This document shows, one piece after another, positions 1-8,578 of a stretch of 64,000 nucleotides of DNA. A program made the translations under genes and the position numbers. The stretch is from Xanthobacteraceae bacterium. GTDB taxonomy: Bacteria; Pseudomonadota; Alphaproteobacteria; Rhizobiales; Xanthobacteraceae. The stretch spans positions 2,754 to 66,753 of the forward strand of contig JARLJA010000004.1 of the NCBI GenBank assembly GCA_031291445.1, in the 5' to 3' direction. The notes beneath the pieces were generated by a model. It was not told where the DNA came from, did no database searches, and saw only the letters and a list, made by a program, of their open reading frames with translations. Numbering within the stretch: the first letter of the stretch is position 1; every line of letters begins with the position of its first letter.

Positions 1-97
1 CTCGATTTAGCGCTCCGAGGCCGGTTTTGAAGCCCCTGGTGCTTGATTGCGCCGGCGTTTTCGCAGACATTGCCGGCCGCAACAGGACCCATATTCC

Positions 98-358
98 ATG
101 ACCTCGCCGACCAAGAGCTCCGCGCCCCGCCAGATCGCCTGGCCCAGCGTCATCACCGTGATCTCCGCAGCGATCCTGATCGGCGCGGAAGTGTTCGGCG
201 CTGCGTTTGCCGGCGGCTGGGCGCTTGCCATCCTGTTCGGGCTCGACGACTCCGGCGCTCACGTCATGCAGGGGCTGCTGTTCGTGGTCGGCGTCATCAT
301 CATGGTGGGTTTCGTCCGCGGCGCGCAGCGCATCGAACCGTTCACCCGCGGCGCCTGA
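98..358 (+). CDS. Small membrane protein (86 aa, two hydrophobic segments)
   Basis: ORF 47..358 with ATG at 98; hydrophobic IAWPSVITVISAAILIGAEVFGAAFAGGWALAILFG and LLFVVGVIIMVGFV segments. Confidence 0.7.
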   Translation: MTSPTKSSAPRQIAWPSVITVISAAILIGAEVFGAAFAGGWALAILFGLDDSGAHVMQGLLFVVGVIIMVGFVRGAQRIEPFTRGA

Positions 359-559
359 TCGCCGCGCGGCGATTCGCACCGCCGCGGGGCCGCACCTGCG
401 TCACGCCACGGCCAACATTGGTTAAGCAATTTTAACGAATGTTCATCGCGCGCATGCCAAGCGCGCTCTCGCGGCAACACTTCGCGCGCTCGCGCGAGAA
501 ATTCGCGCTCGCGGTGAAAAAATTCTTGCGCCCCTCTCGCAAAAGACCTATTTCCCGTC

Positions 560-646
560 TTGCCCAATTTCGCACGTGCCTGTGGTCGTGTGTCGGTCGG
601 TAGGTATCCGGACAAGAGGCCGGACAGCCGCCAAGGAAGCGAGTAA
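560..646 (+). CDS. Putative Arg-rich leader peptide (28 aa, TTG start): MPNFARACGRVSVGRYPDKRPDSRQGSE
   Basis: Hand-translated open frame TTG560..TAA646; 5 Arg, two encoded by AGG; starts just downstream of a plausible sigma70 promoter (ttgcgc...tatttc). Confidence 0.35.
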   Translation: MPNFARACGRVSVGRYPDKRPDSRQGSE

Positions 647-998
647 GCCCAGCATCGTCCCTCAGGCGGTGCGCCACTCAAGGGTCCTCTCATCCTTGCA
701 ACCGTGATCGGCAGCCGGAGGCGAACCGGCGCACCCCGCGCTCAACGGGGGACGCGACTTAAAGCAACGACGGAGCGGGCTTTTTTGGTCTCTGCCAGTC
801 CTCCACCGGCTGGCGCGAATACCGAAGAGGCTTGTCCTTCATTGCCAGGTGTGCGGATGGGATCTCCCCTCCAATCCACGGCAGCACAGTTCGATTCGAG
901 TTTATGGCCGTGTCGCGCCTCCATCGCGTGACCTGGTCGCAAGCTCCTGTCGAACGTCACGTTTGAGCGGTCCGTCGCTGGACCGTTTGGAGGGTGCT
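560..998 (+). promoter_or_regulatory. Long structured 5' leader of the ornithine decarboxylase gene; probably the alphaproteobacterial speF leader RNA motif
   Basis: ~640-bp intergenic gap upstream of ODC, GC-rich hairpins and a U-tract at ~780-786. The speF leader is an established Rhizobiales motif upstream of this gene. No covariance-model match was run. Confidence 0.6.
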
Positions 999-2141
999 AT
1001 GACCGAGCGCATTCAGGAATTCCTGGCGCAGCGCCGCCGCGAAGGCCTCGACACCGAGCCGTGCCTCGTCGTCGACCTCGAGGTCGTGCGCGACAACTAC
1101 CAGACCTTCGCCAAGGCGCTGCCCGACAGCCGCGTGTTCTACGCCGTCAAGGCGAACCCGGCTCCGGAGGTGCTGTCGCTGCTCGCCGCGATGGGCTCCT
1201 GCTTCGACACCGCCACCGTCGCGGAGATCGAGATGGCGCTCGCCGCCGGCGCGACGCCGGACCGCATCTCCTATGGCAACACCATCAAGAAGGAGCGCGA
1301 CATCGCCCGCGCCTATGCGCTCGGCATCCGGCTGTTCGCGGTGGACTGCGCCGCGGAGGTCGAGAAGATCGCGCGGGTGGCGCCGGGAGCGCGGGTGTTC
1401 TGCCGCATCCTCTACGACTGCGCCGGCGCCGAATGGCCGCTGTCGCGCAAGTTCGGCTGCGACCCGGAGATGGCGGTCGACGTGCTCGACCTGGCCAAGC
1501 GGCTGGGACTGGAGCCCTGCGGCATCTCGTTCCATGTCGGTTCGCAGCAACGCAAGGTGAAGGCGTGGGACCGGGCGCTGGCGATGGCCTCGACCGTGTT
1601 CCGCGACTGCGCCGAGCGCGGCATCAGCCTCACCATGGTCAACATGGGCGGCGGCTTCCCGACCAAATACCTCAAGGACGTGCCGCCCGTGGTGCAGTAC
1701 GGCCGTTCGATCTTCCGGGCGCTGCGCAAGCACTTCGGCAACCAGATCCCGGAAACCATCATCGAGCCGGGCCGCGGCATGGTGGGCAATGCCGGCGTCA
1801 TCGAGACCGAGGTCGTCCTGATCTCCAGGAAGAGCGACGAGGACGAGGTGCGCTGGGTCTATCTCGACATCGGCAAGTTCGGCGGTCTCGCCGAGACCAT
1901 GGACGAGTCGATCCGCTACGCCATCCGCACGCCGCATGACGGCGCCGACATGACGCCCTGCGTGCTGGCGGGTCCGACCTGCGATTCGGCCGACGTGCTG
2001 TACGAGAAGCTGCCGTATCCGCTCCCGGTGACGCTCGAGATCGGCGACAAGCTGCTGATCGAGGGCACCGGGGCCTATACGTCGACCTACTCGGCGGTGG
2101 CGTTCAACGGCATCCCGCCGCTGAGAACCTACCACATCTGA
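999..2141 (+). CDS. speF: Ornithine/lysine decarboxylase, fold-type III PLP enzyme
   Basis: FYAVKAN PLP-lysine motif, FHVGSQQ, GGGFP, EPGR, GPTCDS; RBS ggaggg before ATG 999. Confidence 0.92.
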   Translation: MTERIQEFLAQRRREGLDTEPCLVVDLEVVRDNYQTFAKALPDSRVFYAVKANPAPEVLSLLAAMGSCFDTATVAEIEMALAAGATPDRISYGNTIKKERDIARAYALGIRLFAVDCAAEVEKIARVAPGARVFCRILYDCAGAEWPLSRKFGCDPEMAVDVLDLAKRLGLEPCGISFHVGSQQRKVKAWDRALAMASTVFRDCAERGISLTMVNMGGGFPTKYLKDVPPVVQYGRSIFRALRKHFGNQIPETIIEPGRGMVGNAGVIETEVVLISRKSDEDEVRWVYLDIGKFGGLAETMDESIRYAIRTPHDGADMTPCVLAGPTCDSADVLYEKLPYPLPVTLEIGDKLLIEGTGAYTSTYSAVAFNGIPPLRTYHI

Positions 2142-2260
2142 TCCGGGCCTTGACGCCCTGAAGCCGCGGGAGCCGGTGCGCCGGCTCCCCTCCTGTCACA
2201 TGCAAGCTTGCTGACAACGCTCCGCGGCCCTGTCGCCGTGGGAGCGGGGACTGACGTGCC

Positions 2261-2857
2261 ATGACCGCTGTGAAAACCGCCATGACTGTTCCTGCCGCCC
2301 CGACTTCCGAGGCCGCTCCGTTCGCGATCCGTGCGGAACGCCCCTCCGACGTCGCGGCGCGCGAGGCGCTGCTCGATGTGTGCTTCGGCCCCGGCCGGTT
2401 CGCACGCACCTGCCAGCGCCTGCGCGACGGACGCAAGCCCGCCGAAGGCCTCGCCTTCGTGGCGGTGCGCCGGGGCAAGGTCGTGGGCACCGTGCGGTTG
2501 TGGCACGTCAGCGCCGGCGGGCGCCCGGCGCTGATGCTCGGGCCGCTCGCGGTCGATCCGGCCAGCCGCGAGCTCGGCCTCGGCGCGGCGCTGATGCGCC
2601 ACGCCCTGACGGCCGCCGCCGCGCGCGGGCACGACGCCGTCGTCCTGCTGGGCGACGCGCCTTACTACGCCCGCTTCGGCTTCTCGGCCGGGAAGACCGC
2701 GGCGCTGGCGATGCCCGGCCCGTTCGAGCGTGACCGCCTGCTCGCCTGCGAACTGCGTGACGGCGCGCTCGACGGCGTCACCGGGATGATCGCGGCCACC
2801 GGCTCGACGCTGGCGCAGCCGCGTTCGGCCGTCGCGGCCACCCGGCGGGCGGCTTGA
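2261..2857 (+). CDS. GNAT family N-acetyltransferase (YhbS-like)
   Basis: LGPLAV...GLGAALM acetyl-CoA motif A; LLGDAPYYARFGF. Confidence 0.85.
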   Translation: MTAVKTAMTVPAAPTSEAAPFAIRAERPSDVAAREALLDVCFGPGRFARTCQRLRDGRKPAEGLAFVAVRRGKVVGTVRLWHVSAGGRPALMLGPLAVDPASRELGLGAALMRHALTAAAARGHDAVVLLGDAPYYARFGFSAGKTAALAMPGPFERDRLLACELRDGALDGVTGMIAATGSTLAQPRSAVAATRRAA

Positions 2858-2861
2858 GCCC

Positions 2862-3020
2862 ATGAGGCTGCCGACCACACCGCTGAAGCTGCCCGCGGCG
2901 CCCCGCGTGGGCCCCCGCACCGTCGCCAGCGCGCTGCTGATCGTGCTGGCGGCCAGGATCATCGTGGATATCTTCAGGCGCAAGCCGGGCGCCGCCGCGC
3001 GCCTTGAAATCCGGGCATGA
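2862..3020 (+). CDS. Small single-TM protein (52 aa), below the ORF-track cutoff
   Basis: ATG 4 nt after the GNAT stop; MRLPTTPLKLPAAPRVGPRTVASALLIVLAARIIVDIFRRKPGAAARLEIRA has a hydrophobic helix followed by RRK. Confidence 0.5.
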   Translation: MRLPTTPLKLPAAPRVGPRTVASALLIVLAARIIVDIFRRKPGAAARLEIRA

Positions 3021-3112
3021 CTCCCCGCGCGTCATGCGGTAGCGAGACCGGCCGGCTGGACCTTACGTCCCATCAAGCCACATCCCCGGCCGGCCGCTGA
3101 ACAGAGGTGCCC

Positions 3113-3502
3113 ATGACCCGTCGTCTCATTTCCACCGGTTCGCCCTTCGAAAAGACCGCCGGCTACAGCCGCGCCGTCGTCGACGGGGAATTCGCCTTCG
3201 TGTCCGGCACCACGGGCTACGACTACACCACCATGTCGATGCCCGCCGACGTCACCGCCCAGACCCGGAACTGCTTCAAGACCATCGGCGCGGCGCTGGC
3301 CGAGGCCGGCTTCGCCATGGCCGATATCGTGCGGGCGACCTACTACGTCGCCGACATCAAGGACGCCGACGCGGTCTTTGCGGTGTGCGGTGAGACGCTC
3401 GGCGAGATCCGCCCCGCGGCCACCATCGTCGCGGTGGCGGCGCTCTACAAGCCGGAAATGAAGATCGAGATCGAGGTCACCGCCAAGCGCCGCAGCGCCT
3501 GA
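3113..3502 (+). CDS. RidA/YjgF/UK114 family protein
   Basis: GYSRAV, FVSGTTG, RPAAT, KIEIEVTA motifs. Confidence 0.88.
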   Translation: MTRRLISTGSPFEKTAGYSRAVVDGEFAFVSGTTGYDYTTMSMPADVTAQTRNCFKTIGAALAEAGFAMADIVRATYYVADIKDADAVFAVCGETLGEIRPAATIVAVAALYKPEMKIEIEVTAKRRSA

Positions 3503-3600
3503 TCGCGGCATCCGGCGAACGCAAGGTTATAACATCGCATCGGCGGCGATTGAGAATCGCCGCTGTCGCCTGCGTGCACGAGCGGTGATAGAACGGCGCC

Positions 3601-4563
3601 ATGGACGACGCGCGACACCAGCCCCACGATCATGACGGCCACGGTCATGATCATCATGAACATGATCACCATGGCCACAGCCATGCTCCGGCGACGTTCG
3701 GCCGCGCCTTCGCCATCGGCATCGCGCTGAATACCGGCTTCGTGCTGATCGAGACCGGCTACGGCTTCGTCGCCAATTCGACGGCGCTGTTGGCCGATGC
3801 CGGGCATAATCTCTCCGACGTGCTGGGGCTCGCGGTGGCATGGATCGCGGCGGTGCTGTCGCGCCGGCCGCCGACGCCGCGCCTGACCTACGGGCTGCGC
3901 AACACCTCGATCCTGGCGGCGCTGCTCAACGCGGTGATGCTGCTGATCGCTTCGGGCGCGATCATTCTGGAGGCGGTGCAGCGCCTGCTAGAACCGGCAC
4001 CGGTGGCGACCATGACGGTCATCGTCGTCGCGGCGATCGGTATCGCCATCAACGGCGTCACCGCGTGGCTGTTCGCCGCTGGACGCGACCGCGACCTCAA
4101 CATCCGCGGCGCCTACCTCCACATGGCCGCGGACGCGGCGATCTCGGCGGGAGTGGTGGTGGCCGGCGGCGTCATCATGGCGACCGGCTGGTTGTGGATC
4201 GACCCGCTGGCCAGCCTCGTGATCGTCGCGGTCATCGTGGCGGGAACGTGGGGCCTGCTGCGCGAAAGTACCGCCATGTCGCTGGCGGCGGTTCCCAGCG
4301 GCATCGATCCCAGGGCAGTCCGCGCCTATCTCGGCGGCAGGCCCGGCGTGGCCTCGATCCACGATCTCCACATCTGGCCGATGAGCACCACCGAGACCGC
4401 CCTCACCGCCCATCTGGTGACGCCGGCCGGCCATCCCGGCGATGATTTTCTGGTCGAGACCTGCCGGGAACTGGCCCGGCGCTTCGGCATCGGCCACGCC
4501 ACGCTGCAGATCGAGGTCGCCACCGTGCCGTCCTGCACGCTGGCGCCCGACCACGTCGTGTAA
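3601..4563 (+). CDS. Cation diffusion facilitator (CzcD/ZitB-like) metal efflux transporter
   Basis: His-rich N-terminus; ALLADAGHNLSD, RGAYLHMAAD, IHDLHIW, HATLQIE. Confidence 0.92.
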   Translation: MDDARHQPHDHDGHGHDHHEHDHHGHSHAPATFGRAFAIGIALNTGFVLIETGYGFVANSTALLADAGHNLSDVLGLAVAWIAAVLSRRPPTPRLTYGLRNTSILAALLNAVMLLIASGAIILEAVQRLLEPAPVATMTVIVVAAIGIAINGVTAWLFAAGRDRDLNIRGAYLHMAADAAISAGVVVAGGVIMATGWLWIDPLASLVIVAVIVAGTWGLLRESTAMSLAAVPSGIDPRAVRAYLGGRPGVASIHDLHIWPMSTTETALTAHLVTPAGHPGDDFLVETCRELARRFGIGHATLQIEVATVPSCTLAPDHVV

Positions 4564-4710
4564 CGGCAGCATGACAGCCGGCGCCGGCGACCGCCGGTGC
4601 CGCGCCAAGCCACATGTCGGGCTTGATTTCAGCGGCCATTTGTCGTTTTGAACGACCATCGCCCCGTCGCGAGTGGGGCGTCATGCAATCCCGCCTTCTG
4701 GAGAAAATGG

Positions 4711-6135
4711 ATGTCCTCCCACGTGCATGCGCGCATTTCCGGCCCCATCGTCATGATCGGCTTCGGCTCGATCGGCAAAGGCACGCTGCCGTTGATCGAG
4801 AAGCACTTCCATTACGACAAGTCGCGCTTCGTCATCATCGACCCGCATGAGGACGGCGAACTGGCGACGGAGCACGGGGTGCGCTTCCTCAGGCAGGCCG
4901 TGACCCGCGACAACTACCGCGACGTGCTGATCCCGCTGCTGACCGAAGGCGGCGGCCAGGGCTTCTGCGTCAACCTGTCGGTCGACACCTCGTCGGTCGA
5001 CATCATGACGATGTGCCGTGAGATCGGTGCCCTCTACATCGACACCGTGATCGAGCCGTGGACCGGCTTCTATTTCGACAAGAGCGCCGGCCCCGAGGAA
5101 CGCTCGAACTATGCGCTGCGCGAGACGCTGCTCGCCGCCAAGCACAACGCACCCGGCGGCACCACCGCGGTCTCCACCTGCGGCGCCAACCCCGGCATGG
5201 TGTCGTGGTTCGTGAAGCAGGCGCTGATCAACCTGGCGATGGACGCCGGCCTCGCCTTCCAAGAACCGAAGTCCCGCCTGGGCTGGGGCCAGCTCGCGCA
5301 GCGGCTCGGCGTCAAGGGCATCCACATCGCCGAGCGCGACACCCAGCATTCCAAGAACCCGAAGCCGATGAACGTGTTCGTCAACACCTGGTCGGTCGAA
5401 GGCTTCGTCTCCGAAGGCATGCAGCCGGCCGAGCTCGGCTGGGGCACCCACGAGAAGTGGATGCCGGCAAACGGCCGCACCCACGCCAAAGGCTGCCAGG
5501 CCGCGATCTATCTGCTGCAGGAGGGCGCCAACACCCGGGTGCGCTCATGGTGCCCGACGCCCGGGCCGCAATACGGCTTCCTGGTCACCCACAACGAGGC
5601 GATCTCGATTTCGGACTACTTCACCGTGCGCGACGGCGACAAGGTGGTCTACCGCCCGACCTGCCACTACGCCTATCATCCGTCGAACGACGCCGTGCTG
5701 TCGCTGCAGGAAATGTTCGGCGCCGCGGGCAAGATGCAGCCCTCATGGCACATTCTGGACGAGACCGAGATCGTCAGCGGCGTCGACGAGCTCGGCGTGC
5801 TGCTCTACGGCCATGCCAAGAACGCCTACTGGTACGGCTCCCAGCTCTCGATCACGGAAACCCGCCACCTCGCCCCCTACCAGAACGCGACCGGCATGCA
5901 GGTGTCGTCCGCGGTGCTCGCCGGCATGGTGTGGGCGCTGGAAAACCCGCAGGCCGGCATCGTCGAGGCCGACGAGATGGACTTCCGGCGCTGCCTGGAG
6001 ATCCAGACCCCCTATCTCGGTCCGGTGAAGGGCTACTATACCGACTGGACGCCGCTGACCGACCGTCCGGGCCTGTTCCCGGAAGACATCGACCCCAGCG
6101 ATCCCTGGCAGTTCCGCAACATCCTGGTGCGTTGA
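4711..6135 (+). CDS. hss: Homospermidine synthase
   Basis: IGFGSIG NAD-binding loop, GANPGMVSWFVK, NTWSVEGF, YQNATGMQV; ggag RBS before ATG 4711. Confidence 0.93.
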   Translation: MSSHVHARISGPIVMIGFGSIGKGTLPLIEKHFHYDKSRFVIIDPHEDGELATEHGVRFLRQAVTRDNYRDVLIPLLTEGGGQGFCVNLSVDTSSVDIMTMCREIGALYIDTVIEPWTGFYFDKSAGPEERSNYALRETLLAAKHNAPGGTTAVSTCGANPGMVSWFVKQALINLAMDAGLAFQEPKSRLGWGQLAQRLGVKGIHIAERDTQHSKNPKPMNVFVNTWSVEGFVSEGMQPAELGWGTHEKWMPANGRTHAKGCQAAIYLLQEGANTRVRSWCPTPGPQYGFLVTHNEAISISDYFTVRDGDKVVYRPTCHYAYHPSNDAVLSLQEMFGAAGKMQPSWHILDETEIVSGVDELGVLLYGHAKNAYWYGSQLSITETRHLAPYQNATGMQVSSAVLAGMVWALENPQAGIVEADEMDFRRCLEIQTPYLGPVKGYYTDWTPLTDRPGLFPEDIDPSDPWQFRNILVR

Positions 6136-6158
6136 CCGCCGCATTAACCCACTCCTCC

Positions 6159-6283
6159 GTCATGGCCGGGCAGCGCGATCCGTCCCTAACGGATCGCTAG
6201 GACTAAGGCCTCCCGGCCATCCATGTCTTGCTTGTTGAGACGTCGTGAAGACGTGGATGCCCGCGACAAGCGCGGGCATGACG
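6159..6283. repeat. REP-like palindromic element (GTCATGGCCGGG...GGGCATGAC family) with an extra hairpin in the first loop
   Basis: gtcatggccggg[41-nt insert containing gcgatccgt/acggatcgc]cccggccatcca...gtggatgcccgcgacaagcgcgggcatgacg between convergent hss and mgtC. Confidence 0.75.
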
Positions 6284-6319
6284 AAGAATTGCCACCAGAT
6301 CGTCTTCTCAACCGCCGCC

Positions 6320-7033
6320 TTAATCCCGCGTGCTGCTGTCCCAGGTGGCGTGACGGACGCCGGGAATGCGTTCCAGCGCCGCGACCACGTCGTCGAGCTC
6401 GGCGGAATTGACCGCGGTGCTGGTCAGCCGGGCGACGATCTCGGCCCAGTCGGCGCGGTCGATCACCTCGACATCGCCGACCGGATAGTGCGCCGCCTCG
6501 AGCCGCTCCACCAGCTTGTCGCGCAGGTCCGCGACCGCCTCGTTGTCGACGGTCAGGGTGACGTCGAAGTCGACCTCCGCGGTCTGGACGTCGAGCGGGG
6601 TGCGGTTGATGGCGTTGACCAGCGGCCGCAGCAGGGTATTGCCGGCCAGCACGAACACGGTCAGCGCCGCGGCCTGCGCCACCATGTCGGCCCCGGCGCA
6701 GCTGCCGACCGCGGCCGACCCCCACAGCGTCGCGGCGGTGTTGAGGCCCCGCACATTGGTGCCTTCCTTCATGATCACGCCGGCACCGAGGAAGCCGATC
6801 CCGGACACCACATAGGCGATCACTCGGACCGCGCCGCCGGCGCCGTCGAGATGCATGGCGAGATCGACGAAGGCCGAGGCGCCGACCGCGACCAGCACGT
6901 TGGTCCGCAGCCCGGCGGTGCGCAGCCGCAGCTGTCGCTCGGCGCCGATCAGGGTGCCGAGGACGAAGGCGACGCCCAGGCTGATCAGCGTATCGAAGAA
7001 GTCGTAGAGCTGGAACGTGGTGATGAAGCGCAT
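6320..7033 (-). CDS. mgtC: MgtC/SapB family membrane protein
   Basis: IGAERQ, AGLRTNVLV, VVSGIGFLGAGVI, GLNTAATLW; C-terminal ACT-like region. Confidence 0.9.
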   Translation of the reverse strand: MRFITTFQLYDFFDTLISLGVAFVLGTLIGAERQLRLRTAGLRTNVLVAVGASAFVDLAMHLDGAGGAVRVIAYVVSGIGFLGAGVIMKEGTNVRGLNTAATLWGSAAVGSCAGADMVAQAAALTVFVLAGNTLLRPLVNAINRTPLDVQTAEVDFDVTLTVDNEAVADLRDKLVERLEAAHYPVGDVEVIDRADWAEIVARLTSTAVNSAELDDVVAALERIPGVRHATWDSSTRD

Positions 7034-7192
7034 GCGATCAATGAGGGCAGAAGTTGGAAGGCGACGACAAGCCAATGAAGGACCACGACGCGGAAGACGC
7101 CGTCGCGGACCATTGAAGACATTGCGATGCACGTCATCAAGGGTCAATTGTGGTTCGGGGCGTAGATAGACCAAAAATTCCCGGAGCGAACC

Positions 7193-7540
7193 ATGAGATT
7201 CGATACGCTTGAAACGGTGGCGCTGGCGGTGTTCGCGGCATCCCTGATGGTGATCGCCGCGGCGTCGATCCACTTCGGCCAGCGCATCGCCGCGCAGGAC
7301 ATCCCCATGCAATGGGGTACCGACGGTCGGCCCACCTGGTATGCGCCGCGCGTCATCGGCCTGTGGTGGATGCTCTACCTCGCGGTCGCGCTCGGCGGCG
7401 GCCTGCTGGCGCTGGCGCATGTCGCCACCGGCCCGGCCGCCGGAAAAATGTGGCTGGCCTCGATGGCGCTGTCGGTGATCATGGCCGGCGTCCAGGTCTG
7501 GCACCTCAACGCGGTGACGCGCTGGGCCGCCGGGCAATAG
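7193..7540 (+). CDS. DUF1648-like small membrane protein
   Basis: IPMQWGTDGRPTWYA motif flanked by TM helices; ggag RBS. Confidence 0.65.
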   Translation: MRFDTLETVALAVFAASLMVIAAASIHFGQRIAAQDIPMQWGTDGRPTWYAPRVIGLWWMLYLAVALGGGLLALAHVATGPAAGKMWLASMALSVIMAGVQVWHLNAVTRWAAGQ

Positions 7541-7558
7541 AGCGCGGCGCCGCGGCCT

Positions 7559-8578
7559 CTACAGCACCAGCAATCCGGCCTCGCCGCCTTCGCTGGCGAA
7601 GGCGAGCCGGCTGCCATCGGCGCTCCAGGCCAGCGCCGCGACCGCGTCGCCGGCCTTCCGGCGCACCAGCAGCTCGCCGCCGTCGGTGATCCGCACCATC
7701 AGGATGGTGCCGTCGCTGTAGCCCGCGGCCAGGATCTCCTCCTTGGGATGACAGGCGACCACGTTGACCCGCGCCTTCAGCGGCGCCAGCATCAACGGCT
7801 CCTTGCCCATCGGGCCGTCCTTGCTGGCGAACGGCCACAGGATCACGGTGTCGGCGCCCGAGGTGGCGAGGAACTTGCCGCCGGCGGTCCAGTCCATCGA
7901 GCGCACGCGGCCGGGATAGCCGGTCATGCGCATGTGCTTGTTGTCGGCCAGCCGCCAGCCATGCAGCGCCGCCTCGTGCATTGCCGTCACCAGGAAGCGG
8001 TTGTCGGCGGAAAACGCCACCCCGAGATGCGAACCCTTCCACTCCAGGAATTCGGGCTTGGCCGCCATGTTCGGAAACCACAGGGTCACGCCGTTGTAGT
8101 GGGCGATCGCGAGCCTCAGACCCTTGGGCGCGAAGGCGAGCCCGCCGACGGTCGACGGCGCCTCGAAGCTCTTGACCTCCTGCTTGGGGGCGCGGACGAA
8201 GGCGGTCTTGCCGGCCGACCACGCCACCGCGCCGTCGGGATGCAGCGCGACGGAATCGATCCAGCGGCGCTTGGCATCGGCCGCGAGCTCCGCGACCTCG
8301 CCGCGGCGATCGATCGCCACGACCCGGCCGTCGTCGCCTCCGGTGACGAGACGCTTGCCGTCGGTGGCCGCGCACAGGATGCCGCCGCCATGGGCGGCGA
8401 TCGTGCGGGCCTCGGCGGTGCCGTCGACCAGCATCACGTTGTCCTCGCTGCCGACGAAGGCCGCGATGGTGCCGAGAAAATGCACCGAGGCTGCCGGCTG
8501 CGGCAGGCTCAGCGCGCTGACGCGATCGGTGACGGAGGCGATCGAGGCCGCCGGAGCGGACGGGTCGAGGCCGGCCAT
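7559..8578 (-). CDS. Cytoplasmic WD40-repeat protein
   Basis: Repeated beta-propeller units (LVTGGDDG, LATSGAD, LAAGYSDG); ATG overlaps the GTPase stop (TGATG); no signal peptide. Confidence 0.85.
   Translation of the reverse strand: MAGLDPSAPAASIASVTDRVSALSLPQPAASVHFLGTIAAFVGSEDNVMLVDGTAEARTIAAHGGGILCAATDGKRLVTGGDDGRVVAIDRRGEVAELAADAKRRWIDSVALHPDGAVAWSAGKTAFVRAPKQEVKSFEAPSTVGGLAFAPKGLRLAIAHYNGVTLWFPNMAAKPEFLEWKGSHLGVAFSADNRFLVTAMHEAALHGWRLADNKHMRMTGYPGRVRSMDWTAGGKFLATSGADTVILWPFASKDGPMGKEPLMLAPLKARVNVVACHPKEEILAAGYSDGTILMVRITDGGELLVRRKAGDAVAALAWSADGSRLAFASEGGEAGLLVL

Noticed and set aside
3525-3535. gttataacat upstream of the CDF gene, resembling a Zur half-site
   Set aside because: Only a short palindrome without the spacing of the full box at 12393; could equally be a -10 element.
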